Below, in pieces: positions 40,868 to 51,272 of a DNA stretch of 64,000 bases (its first letter is position 1; every line of letters begins with the position of its first letter). Position numbers and translations under genes: made by a program. The stretch lies in contig JBAZNQ010000002.1 of assembly GCA_041649135.1 (NCBI GenBank), forward strand, positions 143,702 to 207,701. The letters are read 5' to 3'. The stretch is from Patescibacteria group bacterium. GTDB lineage: Bacteria; Patescibacteriota; Kazan-3B-28. The notes below the pieces were generated by a model that ran no database searches, had not been told where the DNA came from, and saw only the letters and a list, made by a program, of their open reading frames with translations.

Positions 40868-43192
40868 TTACTTCATCGGCAGTCTGTACACCGCAGTTCC
40901 CGAAGTCAGATAAATAAATCCTCCCACCTCATCAACAAACAGATTGCTTGGGTTGCTGATGTTGCCATAGATGTATTGAGCCAAATAACCGCCCTCTTTG
41001 TCGTAAACCAATACGCGGCTGTTGGTTGAGTCTACCAGATACAGCTTACTGTCCGCGTTGGTGTAAATCTTGGTAATGTTACCAAATCCCGGATACGGTG
41101 ACGGTACTGCTTCTAGCTGGAATTGGGTTTCACTTCCGCCAGTATATTTCTTGACCATGTTATTCGGGAACAGCATGTACACACTGCCGTCAATCGCAAA
41201 CTCGGTTGCGCCAGCCAAACTGACTGCGCTACCTTCAAAATACGGGGCAACTTTGGTGTAGCCTTCTGGCACCGTTTGATACTTCCAAATCTGATTATTA
41301 GCTACGTCTAGGAAATACAATTTGTTGGTATACGCGATCAACTGGTCAGCATTACTCCAGTCGCCTGCGTCTAGTGCCTTGCCAGTTAAACTATTATTAT
41401 CCAAATTCAGGCTGTAGAGATTCGGTGGGGTAGTGTAGAAAATAATTTCTTTGTCCGACACCTGACCCACCAACTTCAATTTTTTATTGTCGCTCACTAG
41501 CGAATTTACAATCGCCACATCACTACTGGTAGACTTCAGTTTGTAAACCTTGTTGTTATCCGGATCAATCGCGTAAACGTTACCGCCCAAGACGGTAATC
41601 GGTCCAACCTTCACTTGATTAGTCGTCTCGCTCCCAGTATTTAATTGGGAGGTCAAAACATTAAAATCGGCCAATGGCTGAATATCGTTGAACCGTTTTA
41701 CATGGTTAACGGTATCGAGTTGTCCTTCCAATTCCGCCACCAACGCAGTTGCTTGGTCTTTGGTTTTGCGGTTAGACGTTGCCGATTGGGCTAACAAGTA
41801 AGCTTCTGCCAGCAAGTTTCTGGCCTTAGCGCTATCTTCATAAATCAATGCTGCTTGAGCTTCATCTCGTTTTTGTTGAGCTTCTGCCAAGGCGACAGTG
41901 GCTGTTTTGCCACCGACTTTGCCGATTGCTCCACGCGACAATCCGATAGTTGAAAACACTACTATCAACACTAATCCAGCCACAATTCCGATCAAAATCT
42001 GGTTGCCTTTCGGATGACGCTTAATTACTTTCACTCCTTTAGTAACGGTTCTCACTACCCAATCGATTGCTACTAGTCCAGCGGCACCAGCTACTCGCAA
42101 CATCTGCCAAGCCACTTTGCCGGCTCGATTAACCTGTTTGGAATCAATTTTTAATTTGTCCCGATAATCTCCGAAATTCACTCCGTTCTTCAAACCTTCA
42201 AGCGAGGGACGGGAAATCTTCAATTGGGGCAAGCGTACCTTATATGATCCTCCGTCTTCGGTTTCTTCGGCTTCGTCAATCACTAATTCTTCTCTGTCCG
42301 ATGCTGATTCCTTGGTCTCTTGGACCATCGGTATCTCCGGCTCTTCTTCCTTGGTGTCAATGGCTTGCTCAACGGTTTTTTCTTTATCAATTGCCGGCGC
42401 TCCACCCAAAAAGCCTGACCGCCGATGGGTCTGGACTTCTGACGGTGTGCCAATCCAATTTTCGCTTGGTTCAGTTTCTTCTTCGGCTTGAGCTAATAAT
42501 TCCGGCAAAGAAAACTCGGCCACCAGCACGCTGGTGTGATTGATCTCTGATTCTTGTTCCAGCAAAGTCGCCAATTTTTTAGCCGCTTGGGCTGGGGTAT
42601 GATTATCCATCAGCCGTTTTAGCTTTTCAATTGAAACATAGTAAAACAGCTCCGAGGTGCTCACCACCAGCTTATCACTGACTTCAATTTCACCTTCGAC
42701 TAAATTCATCAAGGTTTCTTCTGGGCGGTAGGTCTCGCCGGGGGTATACATCCCCTTAGATAAATTAGTCAGCGCTCCGCTTCGCAGTAAGTGTATTTCT
42801 GCTGTACCACGTTGAACGATATGAACTTCTTTTCCACTTACCGCGGCAATTACTGCGTTAAATTTGCCAATCCAATCTTTCTCGCCCTGCTTGGCAATTG
42901 CCATTAGCTCATCGTTGGCTGCCTTTAACGCATTTTCAAAACTCTCGCCAGCCGAGAGCTCCAAGTCGCTGTAATATTCTTCCTTAATAATATCGATTAA
43001 ATTGTAGGCGATATCTGCCGTCAGGGGACTAGGACTGCCGATGTCGATAATAAAATACAGACTACCGTGCTGTTTCTCGTTAGCGTCGTCTGGCTCATAT
43101 GCCAACGCCGTCGAAAAACCGCCGCGAGCTTTCTGATGCGACAAAACTTTACCAATTCTGGTTTCCAATCGTTGTTGAGTAGAGACGGTCAT
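40868..43192 (-). CDS. Large membrane protein: N-terminal cytoplasmic PPM/SpoIIE-like domain (tentative), a TM segment, and a C-terminal beta-propeller (NHL/YVTN-like) domain
   Basis: I place the start at the ATG at 43192 (MTVSTQQ), preceded by a TATAAT-like box; the track start at 43249 is less likely. TM at ILIGIVAGLVLIVVFSTIGL. The C-terminal repeats are propeller-like. Confidence 0.6.
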   Translation of the reverse strand: MTVSTQQRLETRIGKVLSHQKARGGFSTALAYEPDDANEKQHGSLYFIIDIGSPSPLTADIAYNLIDIIKEEYYSDLELSAGESFENALKAANDELMAIAKQGEKDWIGKFNAVIAAVSGKEVHIVQRGTAEIHLLRSGALTNLSKGMYTPGETYRPEETLMNLVEGEIEVSDKLVVSTSELFYYVSIEKLKRLMDNHTPAQAAKKLATLLEQESEINHTSVLVAEFSLPELLAQAEEETEPSENWIGTPSEVQTHRRSGFLGGAPAIDKEKTVEQAIDTKEEEPEIPMVQETKESASDREELVIDEAEETEDGGSYKVRLPQLKISRPSLEGLKNGVNFGDYRDKLKIDSKQVNRAGKVAWQMLRVAGAAGLVAIDWVVRTVTKGVKVIKRHPKGNQILIGIVAGLVLIVVFSTIGLSRGAIGKVGGKTATVALAEAQQKRDEAQAALIYEDSAKARNLLAEAYLLAQSATSNRKTKDQATALVAELEGQLDTVNHVKRFNDIQPLADFNVLTSQLNTGSETTNQVKVGPITVLGGNVYAIDPDNNKVYKLKSTSSDVAIVNSLVSDNKKLKLVGQVSDKEIIFYTTPPNLYSLNLDNNSLTGKALDAGDWSNADQLIAYTNKLYFLDVANNQIWKYQTVPEGYTKVAPYFEGSAVSLAGATEFAIDGSVYMLFPNNMVKKYTGGSETQFQLEAVPSPYPGFGNITKIYTNADSKLYLVDSTNSRVLVYDKEGGYLAQYIYGNISNPSNLFVDEVGGFIYLTSGTAVYRLPMK

Positions 43193-43306
43193 AGCTTTGA
43201 TTCCAACAAACCTATTATAACGACAGGGAAACTTACTTGCCAATCGCATTTTTGGCGACGTTCCCCCTGACGCTCTATGATAAGATGACTACAGGAGGAA
43301 GGCAAT

Positions 43307-44167
43307 ATGAGGGGGCAACTCTGGTGGATAAAACTAGCTTTGGGAGCGATTTTTATTGGGCTCATCGGTTGGTGGGTTGCGCCCTACTTTTCTGGTCGCA
43401 GTTTAATCAACCCAGTCTGGCTAACTGTCGGCTCAATTCAGCTTTACTGGTATGGTCTACTGATGACTATCGGTATTTTTAGCGGTTTTGGTCTGGTATT
43501 TTGGCTCAACCGTCAATTATTTCAATTAAACAGCGATCATTTGTTCTACTCTCTCGTTAGCGCAGTTATCGGTGGTTTCATCGGTGCCCGACTGGTATTT
43601 GTTATCCTCGCTTGGCCAATCTATGTCAACAATCTCGATCAAATTTGGCAAATCCATAGTGGCGGCATGAGTATTCATGGCGGAATCCTCGGCGGTTTGT
43701 TGGGACTTTGGGCGGGGAGCCGAATGTTAAAAATTGACTTTAGCCGTCTGGTTGATCTCTGCGCAATTGCTCTCCCGCTGGGACAAGCGATTGGCCGATG
43801 GGGAAATTTCTTTAATCAAGAAGCCTTTGGTGGTCCGACCGACCTTTCTTGGAAAATGTTTGTGGCACCAGAATTTCGTCCGGTTGGATTAACCGACCAA
43901 GCCTTTTACCATCCGACTTTTTTATACGAAGCTACTGGTAGCTTAATTATTTTTTGGCTACTCTGGCGTCTTATCTTTCGCCGCCCCCAGAGCGGCACAG
44001 TCGCACTCTGGTATCTGATACTATATAGTAGCTGGCGGTTTATCATGGAGTATTTTCGGATTGACAGTCAGCAATGGAACATTCTGACTATCGCCCAGTG
44101 GGCAAGTCTGGCTATTGTTGTTGTCGCTGTCATATTACTTAATCGACGCAGAAATTATGGGAATTGA
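43307..44167 (+). CDS. lgt: Prolipoprotein diacylglyceryl transferase
   Basis: YWYGLLMTIGIFSGF, HGGILGGLLGLWAG and the Lgt signature GQAIGRWGNFFNQEAFGGPTDLSWKMFV. Confidence 0.85.
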   Translation: MRGQLWWIKLALGAIFIGLIGWWVAPYFSGRSLINPVWLTVGSIQLYWYGLLMTIGIFSGFGLVFWLNRQLFQLNSDHLFYSLVSAVIGGFIGARLVFVILAWPIYVNNLDQIWQIHSGGMSIHGGILGGLLGLWAGSRMLKIDFSRLVDLCAIALPLGQAIGRWGNFFNQEAFGGPTDLSWKMFVAPEFRPVGLTDQAFYHPTFLYEATGSLIIFWLLWRLIFRRPQSGTVALWYLILYSSWRFIMEYFRIDSQQWNILTIAQWASLAIVVVAVILLNRRRNYGN

Positions 44168-45143
44168 ACTTATCATCATTGGGGGATTAGCTGTTGCGCT
44201 AGTATTTGCGCTGGTGGTGATTTGGCAACGATCAAAACCAATTACCGACCAAGGCCTAAGCCACAATCTCGAAATCATTGCCCAATCCATGCAGAGGGTT
44301 CAATCCGAACAACGTGCCAGTCAGGAAGTCCAGCGTACTCTCAAAGATGAATTGCGCCACACCGCTGACCATCTCAAAAATCTAACCGTTGCTTCCGAAG
44401 AACGCGAACAGCGCGATCAAACTTATTTTAAAAATCTCTTAGAGGCTTCCAAGAATATCGAGAGCGTGATGCGGGGGAGCAAGACCAAAGGCATGGCCGG
44501 CGAAAACATTGTTCGGGAGATTTTGAAAATCTTTCCCCAAGGCACTATGGTCTATGACTTCAAAATCGGCAGTAAGGTGGTTGAGTTTGGTCTCAAATTG
44601 CCGGACGGTCGGATTTTGCCAATCGACTCCAAGATTATGGCTTCCGACGAATTACAGGAACTCGCTACTTCTGACAACGAAGATGCCAAATTAAAAATCA
44701 TTCAAAAGCTGGAGCTAGCGGTTTTACGCAAAGCTCGTGAAGTTGGCGAATACATTTCACCACCAGTCACTTACGAGCGGGCGATTATGGCGGTACCAGA
44801 TTCGCTTCATTATTTGTTGAAAGAATCCATCATCAAAGCTCATCGCGACTACGGTGTGTTGATTATTTCTTATAGCATGACCATCCCTTATATCCTGTCG
44901 TTTATGGATCTTCAGCGTAAACACAGCACTCACCTTGATGAAGAACGGGTAAAAACTTTTCTCGAAAGTTTGAATTTGTCACTTTCTAAGATGGATGACA
45001 TTCTCGACAACAAGGTCGCCAAAGGTAACGTCATGATTAGCAATGCGTATGGTGAATATAAGCAGATTGTTAGTAAAATAAGAGGAGACGCATTAGGTTT
45101 GCGTGCGGTCGAAGAAGCCGCCAAGTTAGAACAACCCAAATGA
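44157..45143 (+). CDS. rmuC: DNA recombination protein RmuC family
   Basis: N-terminal TM and coiled coil; GMAGENIVREILKIFPQGTMVYDFKIGSKVVEFGLKLPDGRILPIDSKI matches the RmuC core. Overlaps the lgt stop by 11 nt. Confidence 0.6.
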   Translation: MGIELIIIGGLAVALVFALVVIWQRSKPITDQGLSHNLEIIAQSMQRVQSEQRASQEVQRTLKDELRHTADHLKNLTVASEEREQRDQTYFKNLLEASKNIESVMRGSKTKGMAGENIVREILKIFPQGTMVYDFKIGSKVVEFGLKLPDGRILPIDSKIMASDELQELATSDNEDAKLKIIQKLELAVLRKAREVGEYISPPVTYERAIMAVPDSLHYLLKESIIKAHRDYGVLIISYSMTIPYILSFMDLQRKHSTHLDEERVKTFLESLNLSLSKMDDILDNKVAKGNVMISNAYGEYKQIVSKIRGDALGLRAVEEAAKLEQPK

Positions 45144-45505
45144 AAATTTTTAAAAGAATTTTAGTTATCGGTGGCAATACATTATTGCTGATTTTGCTGT
45201 CCGGCAACCTCTGGCAGTTGTATCAGTCCTATCTCACTGCCCAAGATTTGTTAAATCAACAGCTTCTCACTAGCGACCCAGACGCTCTCATTCGCAATAT
45301 CAATCAAGCTGGCGGTTCACTCTGGCTCTGGGGGGCTAACATTCTGGCTGTATTAATCGGGTTGTTTTTATTAATCGGCTGGTTTACTCCAGTCCGGTAT
45401 AAGAAATGGTTCTGGACTTTCAATTGGATCTGGCTGTTGGCGTGGCTGGTCTATTTACTTGCCAGCGCAGTATTACTAATAGTTTTGGTTAATCAACTTG
45501 CTTAA
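45140..45505 (+). CDS. Small integral membrane protein (about 4 TM), hypothetical
   Basis: Hydrophobic helices only. Confidence 0.45.
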   Translation: MKIFKRILVIGGNTLLLILLSGNLWQLYQSYLTAQDLLNQQLLTSDPDALIRNINQAGGSLWLWGANILAVLIGLFLLIGWFTPVRYKKWFWTFNWIWLLAWLVYLLASAVLLIVLVNQLA

Positions 45506-45508
45506 CTT

Positions 45509-46531
45509 ATGGGGGAAAAGGAACCCAATAAAAAACCCAACCTCGGTAGCCTGCTATTTTTAATTCTGGCACTGGTAGCGATTGGGGTAATTGGTTATAT
45601 GACCATCGAAGGCTGGAGTTTTCTTGATGCCCTCTACATGGTGGTCATTACTCTTGCTACCGTTGGTTTCAAGGAAGTCCATGCCATGTCACCCGCCGGC
45701 ACTATCTTTACCATTCTGTTAATTATCTTCGGACTGATTACGCTTTATTACGTTGTCAGATTATTGAGCGAATATATACTGGAAAATAAGCTGGAAGAGA
45801 CTTTAAAATATAAGAAGATGGAAAAAACTTTACGCAATCTGTCCGGTCACTACATTATTTGTGGCTTTGGTCGGGTCGGTCATCAAGTTGTTCATGAACT
45901 TAGTCATGATAGTGCGGAGTTTGTGGTTATCGAACGCAATCCCAAAGCCATTGAAGCTTGCGAACGGCTGGGATATCCCTGTATCAACGGAGATGCTACC
46001 GATGAAGACGCCCTGAAACAGGCTGGGATTCTCAATGCCAAAGGTTTGATTCTCTGTTTGGGGGAAGACAGCGATACAGTGCTGACTGTCGTTACTGCTC
46101 GGTCGATGAGCAAGGATATTTTTATTGTTGCTCGTGCCAGTGGTGAAAATACTGCCGGCAAACTGCTAAAAATCGGCGCCAATCGAGTAGTTTCGCCTCA
46201 CCAGATCGGGGGATTTCGGATGGCCAACTTTGCTATTAATCCGGAAGTAGCCGATTTTATTGACGATATCCAAGACCTGTCCAATACTGAAGTTCAGATT
46301 GACGATGTAGTTGTGCCATTAGATTCTCCCGCCGCTGGTCATACCATCGCTGAACGGCTGTCCAACCGCACCTACGGAGTGACTATCCTAGCCATCCATA
46401 AGCAAGACGGCGAAGCGATTATCAATCCCACGGGTGACGTCGGGGTTGAAGGTGGTGACCGCCTGATTTTACTTGGCACCAAAGGCAAACTCGACGCTAT
46501 GGTAAAATTACTGGGTACCCATACTCGCTGA
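45509..46531 (+). CDS. RCK-domain (TrkA-N/TrkA-C) potassium-channel family protein with an atypical pore sequence
   Basis: Two TM segments and a pore helix with filter-like TLATVGFKEV (canonical is TVGYGD); Rossmann motif ICGFGRVGHQVV (RCK/TrkA-N); a TrkA-C-like C-terminus. Confidence 0.7.
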   Translation: MGEKEPNKKPNLGSLLFLILALVAIGVIGYMTIEGWSFLDALYMVVITLATVGFKEVHAMSPAGTIFTILLIIFGLITLYYVVRLLSEYILENKLEETLKYKKMEKTLRNLSGHYIICGFGRVGHQVVHELSHDSAEFVVIERNPKAIEACERLGYPCINGDATDEDALKQAGILNAKGLILCLGEDSDTVLTVVTARSMSKDIFIVARASGENTAGKLLKIGANRVVSPHQIGGFRMANFAINPEVADFIDDIQDLSNTEVQIDDVVVPLDSPAAGHTIAERLSNRTYGVTILAIHKQDGEAIINPTGDVGVEGGDRLILLGTKGKLDAMVKLLGTHTR

Positions 46532-46547
46532 TTATAGGAGACACATC

Positions 46548-46916
46548 ATGGATTCACATTATTCCACAGAATTCTTAAATGCGCGCAAAGCTGATCTCGA
46601 GCGCCAAAAGGGGGAGCTGGAAAATCAATTACACCAGATTGCTCGCTACGATAATGCTTCTGGTAGTTGGGTGACACTCCAACCAGAGTTTGATTCCGGT
46701 ACTACTGAAGATGTTGGTGACCGTAGCGACGAAGCTCAAACTCTAGAAGAGAATCAAGCCCAAGTCGCCGAATTAGAAAAGTCATTGGTTGAAACCGATT
46801 ACGCTTTGGCTAAATTCGCCGACGGTAGTTATGGTAAGTGTGAAACCACCGGTGACTGGCTGGACGAAGCTCGACTGGTTGCTTATCCTGCCGCTCGAAT
46901 CTGTACTGACGACTAA
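46548..46916 (+). CDS. DksA/TraR-family protein
   Basis: N-terminal coiled coil; C-terminal YGKCETTGDWLDEARLVAYPAARIC (TraR/DksA zinc-finger region, with two Cys retained). Confidence 0.5.
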   Translation: MDSHYSTEFLNARKADLERQKGELENQLHQIARYDNASGSWVTLQPEFDSGTTEDVGDRSDEAQTLEENQAQVAELEKSLVETDYALAKFADGSYGKCETTGDWLDEARLVAYPAARICTDD

Positions 46917-46920
46917 TATT

Positions 46921-47334
46921 ATGAAACAGTTCGGTTTATCTCCGGTCGCACTTTTCTGGCTGGCGGTAGTATTTATGGTCATCGCTGGTCAGCTCATCCG
47001 TTTGAGCCAATTAAATCGAGTGATTTTTAATTACGCGTTGGCTTTCAGTATTGATGCCCCACTATTATTAATCTATATTATCTCTGTCCTTTTTTTGGGT
47101 GTGGTTATTTGGCTATTTTACAGTCGAGCTGTCACCACCTTACTTGGAATTATCGGTCTGGGACTGATTTTTGGCGGCGGTGCTTCCAATTTGATTGATC
47201 GGATACTGTTTGATGGCGGCGTCGCAGATTACTGGCACTTAATGGACATCAGCACAATTAATTTTGCAGATATTGCTATTACCGCCGGTATTATGCTTGT
47301 TCTATACCAATTTTTATTTCATCATGAATCCTGA
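46921..47334 (+). CDS. lspA: Lipoprotein signal peptidase (signal peptidase II)
   Basis: GGGASNLIDRILFDGGVADYW and NFADIAITAGIMLVL match the LspA conserved blocks; the ATG at 46921 is in frame with the track ORF that begins at 46789. Confidence 0.8.
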   Translation: MKQFGLSPVALFWLAVVFMVIAGQLIRLSQLNRVIFNYALAFSIDAPLLLIYIISVLFLGVVIWLFYSRAVTTLLGIIGLGLIFGGGASNLIDRILFDGGVADYWHLMDISTINFADIAITAGIMLVLYQFLFHHES

Positions 47335-47983
47335 AATTATTTTTGAAGATTCCGATTTATTAGTATTGGACAAACCAGCCGGTTTGATAGTCCATGAAGG
47401 TCATGGGCAGACTGACGCAACTTTGGTTGATTGGCTGAAAACTCGCTATCCTAAGTCGCCATTGAGCGAGGAGCGGTATGGTTTGTTACACCGGCTCGAC
47501 AAAGATACTTCGGGGCTGATTTTAGTTGCCAAGACTTTGGCGGCATTCAAGTATTACAAAAAATTATTCAAACAGCGCGCCATTACCAAACAGTATCTGG
47601 CGCTAGTCCACGGTCGGCTAACCCCAACTCGGGGGCTGATCCAAATTCCACTAGCTCGGGGATTGGTTAATCGGACTCGGTTTGAACCAGCTACCAGTGG
47701 CCGCTCGGCCGAAACCGAATACAATGTTGAAACGTATTATCCCCAGTTTACTTATCTGTCAGTCTGGCCAAAAACTGGGCGCACTCATCAGATTCGGGTA
47801 CATTTTGCCAGCCTTGGGCATCCGATTGTCGGCGATAAAGTTTATGGCAAACCCGATGCGTTTACCCGTCAGTTTCTCCATGCCCATCGGCTGGATTTTA
47901 TTGATCAGAAAGGCAAAAATTGTAAATTTATCTCACCGCTTCCGGCAGATCTAGATCAGTTTTTAAGGAACTTGTCCCGTTAG
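47324..47983 (+). CDS. rluD: RluA-family 23S rRNA pseudouridine synthase (RluD-like)
   Basis: LVLDKPAGLIVH, HRLDKDTSGLILVAKT (catalytic Asp) and THQIRVHFASLGHPIVGDKVYG; lspA-rluD is a conserved gene pair. Confidence 0.85.
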   Translation: MNPEIIFEDSDLLVLDKPAGLIVHEGHGQTDATLVDWLKTRYPKSPLSEERYGLLHRLDKDTSGLILVAKTLAAFKYYKKLFKQRAITKQYLALVHGRLTPTRGLIQIPLARGLVNRTRFEPATSGRSAETEYNVETYYPQFTYLSVWPKTGRTHQIRVHFASLGHPIVGDKVYGKPDAFTRQFLHAHRLDFIDQKGKNCKFISPLPADLDQFLRNLSR

Positions 47984-48107
47984 AAGTTTGTCATTATCTC
48001 ATCGGGGCTTATCCTAAAGATTATAATTATGATTTCTATTGGTGTATCAATAACTGCGCGTAAAAATAATTCCAGAGAATTATTTTTCGCCGAGGACTTC
48101 TAACGGG

Positions 48108-48671
48108 ATGAAATCAAATAAAATTTTTATTATGGCCGGTCCGTCAGCGGTTGGTAAGAATGCGATTATCGCTGGCTTATTAAAATCCGATTTGCCATTA
48201 CAACGGATGATTACCACTACTTCCCGCCCGCCGCGCTCCGGTGATTCTCCCAACGATTATCACTTCGTCAGCCGAGAACAATTTATGGCTTGGGTAGCCG
48301 AAGATAAAATGATCGAATGGGTAGAATATAATCAAAATCTCTATGGTACTCGCAAACAAGATTTGGAAGATATTTTTACCGCCGGTAAGTTCCCGATCAT
48401 GGATATTGATGTCCGCGGTGTCGCATCGTTCAAGCAACTTTTCCCCAATGTCGTAGCTATTTTTATTTTACCCAGTAGCTTATCAATTCTGCGCCAGCGA
48501 CTGGAAGCTCGCGGTACTGCCGAACATGACATTCGGGAACGATTAAAAACCGCCCAATCCGAAATTGAGTTGGCGCCTAGTTTTGATTATCGGATTACTA
48601 ATTACAACGGCAAGTTAGCCAATGTCGTCAAAGATGCAGCCACGATTGTCCAGCACGAATTAGCCGGCTAA
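48108..48671 (+). CDS. gmk: Guanylate kinase
   Basis: P-loop MAGPSAVGKNAI, TTTSRPPRSGDSPNDYHFVSREQF and EWVEYNQNLYGT. Confidence 0.85.
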   Translation: MKSNKIFIMAGPSAVGKNAIIAGLLKSDLPLQRMITTTSRPPRSGDSPNDYHFVSREQFMAWVAEDKMIEWVEYNQNLYGTRKQDLEDIFTAGKFPIMDIDVRGVASFKQLFPNVVAIFILPSSLSILRQRLEARGTAEHDIRERLKTAQSEIELAPSFDYRITNYNGKLANVVKDAATIVQHELAG

Positions 48672-49487
48672 AATCTGTAGCCCACAGATTGTACCGTCGA
48701 TATCCTTGACGGAGTCAATTTTGGCTCGGGGAAATTTGTTAGCCAACCACTCTATCATCGGTTGGTACTGATTGGCCCCTAATTCAATTACCGCGGCAGT
48801 AAAATTAGTTTGGTTGAATAATTCTTTGTACAATGCCAATCCATTGTCATCCGCATACAACGCCAATTTTGGCTCAAACATCAATTCTTGTCTTGGTTCT
48901 AGGCTAGTTGGCAGATACGGCAAATTAGCCACTATCAGACTGGGTTGTTTAATGTGCTGACCCAGATGACTTCGTATCGTTTTTATCTGATTAGTCAATT
49001 TATAATGTCTGATATTCCAGCGGGCAACCGCTAGTGCCGGGTTGGACACATCACTCACAACTATCTTTATTTCTGGCAATTGTTTTGCGAGCGCGATAGC
49101 CACCGCTCCGCTCCCAGTTCCAATTTCGTAAATTGTTTTCGCTTGAGTGCCTAGTGCCAATTGGATCGCTACGGTTACGATCGCTTCAGTCGTCGGGCGG
49201 GGGATTAAGACCGCTGGAGTGATTTTTACTTCTAAGCCATAGAATTCTTTTACGCCAGTTAAGTAAGCGATCGGCCAGCCTTCCTGTCGTTTTTTGATCA
49301 AATTTACAAATCGCCGACTCTGGGCGTCGGTCAGTTTTTGATCAGCATCCTGTAACAATTGTTGTTGAGACCGGCGCGTTACCATCGCCAGCAATATCCG
49401 CGCATCCAAATCCGGAGTCGTACTATAACTTAATTTCTGCCGACCCCATTTTAACATTGCCCCAACCGTTGTTGGTTTAATCGGCAT
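48660..49487 (-). CDS. prmC: Release-factor glutamine N5-methyltransferase PrmC/HemK
   Basis: Class I SAM-binding motif [16 protein letters not shown]; substrate motif reads IVANLPYLP (canonical NPPY); lies immediately downstream of prfA. Confidence 0.75.
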   Translation of the reverse strand: MPIKPTTVGAMLKWGRQKLSYSTTPDLDARILLAMVTRRSQQQLLQDADQKLTDAQSRRFVNLIKKRQEGWPIAYLTGVKEFYGLEVKITPAVLIPRPTTEAIVTVAIQLALGTQAKTIYEIGTGSGAVAIALAKQLPEIKIVVSDVSNPALAVARWNIRHYKLTNQIKTIRSHLGQHIKQPSLIVANLPYLPTSLEPRQELMFEPKLALYADDNGLALYKELFNQTNFTAAVIELGANQYQPMIEWLANKFPRAKIDSVKDIDGTICGLQILAG

Positions 49488-50538
49488 TTCCCATGATTCG
49501 TTTAATTTCTTCTGCCTTGAGTGCTTCTGTAATGGGCTCTAAATTACCAGCCATAATGCTAGCAATATTATGCCAGCTCTCGCCGATGCGATGATCGGTA
49601 ATTCGATCTTGGGGGAAATTATAAGTTCGGATTTTTTCACTTCGATCACCAGTTCCGATCTGTTGGCGACGTTCTGCTCCACGCTCTTGCTGTTGTTTGG
49701 TTCTCTCCAAATCCAACAATCTGGCTCGCAATACCCCCATGGCTTTGAGTTTATTTTTAGTCTGCGATTTCTCATCCTGACAGGTAGCAGTCAGTCCAGT
49801 CGGCAAGTGAGTAATTCGAACAGCCGAGTCAGTGGTATTGACACTTTGACCGCCATGCCCACCTGACCGAAAGACATCAATTCGTAAATCTTCAGGCCGA
49901 ATTTCCAGTTCTGTTTCCTCCACTACTGGCAACACCGCCACCGTGGCGGTTGACGTGTGTACTCGTCCCTTAGCCTCTGTTACCGGTACGCGCTGGACTC
50001 GATGTACACCGCTTTCCCATTTCAACTGACCATAAATACCCTGACCACTGATCTGAAAAACAATTTCTTTTAACCCATCGCCTTCGCCACTTTCGCTACT
50101 ATTCAAAATTTCTGTTTTCCAGCCCTGACTTTCCGCATAACGGGTATACATGCGAAATAGATCGCCGGCAAAGATCGCCGCTTCATCGCCTCCCGCCCCA
50201 GCTCGGATTTCCACGATCGCATCATTGTTATCAACTGGATCTTTGGGCACAGTTAGTTGTTGCAGTTTGCTTTCCAATTGTTGTTTTTTATCTTCTAATC
50301 TGGGTAATTCTTCGCGAGCTAATTCTGCCAATTCTACATCCTGACCGCTGATCGCCTCCTTATGGCTAGCAATTTCTTGAGTTAATTTTTTCAATGTGCC
50401 CGCCAGTTCCAAGATCTCTTTTACTTCACCTTGCCGTTTGAACATCCGTCCTTGTTCCGCCGGAGTTAGACTACTCAAATCAGCCAACTTTTGCTGAAGT
50501 TGGTCGTATTCTGCTTGAAATGGGGCAATATTAATCAT
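49477..50538 (-). CDS. prfA: Peptide chain release factor 1
   Basis: GGQ motif ([25 protein letters not shown]), PVT tripeptide, RF-1 domain architecture. Confidence 0.9.
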   Translation of the reverse strand: MINIAPFQAEYDQLQQKLADLSSLTPAEQGRMFKRQGEVKEILELAGTLKKLTQEIASHKEAISGQDVELAELAREELPRLEDKKQQLESKLQQLTVPKDPVDNNDAIVEIRAGAGGDEAAIFAGDLFRMYTRYAESQGWKTEILNSSESGEGDGLKEIVFQISGQGIYGQLKWESGVHRVQRVPVTEAKGRVHTSTATVAVLPVVEETELEIRPEDLRIDVFRSGGHGGQSVNTTDSAVRITHLPTGLTATCQDEKSQTKNKLKAMGVLRARLLDLERTKQQQERGAERRQQIGTGDRSEKIRTYNFPQDRITDHRIGESWHNIASIMAGNLEPITEALKAEEIKRIMGNAD

Positions 50539-50605
50539 TAGTCTCCTTTATTGTGGCACAAAAAACGACCCAAGTGATAGGTCGTTTCTGATTTGTTGAC
50601 ATATG

Positions 50606-50854
50606 TTAGGCCGCTGGTTTGGTCTTCTTCGAGCTTGGCTTCTTACCGCTAGTTGCCTTGGCAACTTTTTCTCTAAAGCGCTCAACTCGGCCACCTTTTT
50701 CTACCTGCTTTTGCTTGCCGGTATAGAAAGGATGGCAGGCGGAACAGCTGTCCACCCGAGTATTTTCAGTCGTTGAACCCACCTCCATCACATTGCCACA
50801 AGAGCAAGTAACCTTGGCCTTCGGATAATAGGTTGGGTGAATATCTTTTTTCAT
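50606..50854 (-). CDS. rpmE: 50S ribosomal protein L31
   Basis: [29 protein letters not shown]...[13 protein letters not shown]. The start is taken at MKKDIHP (residue 37 of the track ORF). Confidence 0.8.
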   Translation of the reverse strand: MKKDIHPTYYPKAKVTCSCGNVMEVGSTTENTRVDSCSACHPFYTGKQKQVEKGGRVERFREKVAKATSGKKPSSKKTKPAA

Positions 50855-50967
50855 ACCAGCAAACTTTACCATATGCCGTCTTGTTTCGTCAATGATGTAT
50901 TGACAAAAGCCCGAAAACCAGATATAATGAACTAATCCGTTTGCTCCTAAAATCAAAAACAAAAATC

Positions 50968-51162
50968 ATGTTAGAGCAGTTGTCTGAACAACTCCGCCAC
51001 CAAGAGGAAGAAACTATCCGCCCCAATCCATTTTATGGGCAGGTCGCTTTGGTATTAGCCCTAGGCCTGATTTTAACCGGCTGGATGGTGTACGGAAAAG
51101 TCTCTGCCCAGATTGACCAGCTGATCCAAAAGCCAGTTTTGGCAATGGAAATCACCAATTAA
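50968..51162 (+). CDS. Small hypothetical membrane protein (64 aa)
   Basis: ORF with one TM segment (VALVLALGLILTGWMVY); no RBS. Confidence 0.25.
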   Translation: MLEQLSEQLRHQEEETIRPNPFYGQVALVLALGLILTGWMVYGKVSAQIDQLIQKPVLAMEITN

Positions 51163-51177
51163 TTACAAAACCACATC

Positions 51178-51210
51178 GTCATTCTGGTAATTCTGCTGTA
51201 CAGCAGAAGC
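51178..51210. repeat. MITE/REP-like hairpin core
   Basis: GTCATTCTGGTAATTCTGCTGTACAGCAGAAGCATCCAGAATC. Confidence 0.5.
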
Positions 51211-51272
51211 ATCCAGAATCTTATAAAGAAATATCTAGTTTTTCTCACCTGCCAATCTACTAACCATCTCTT

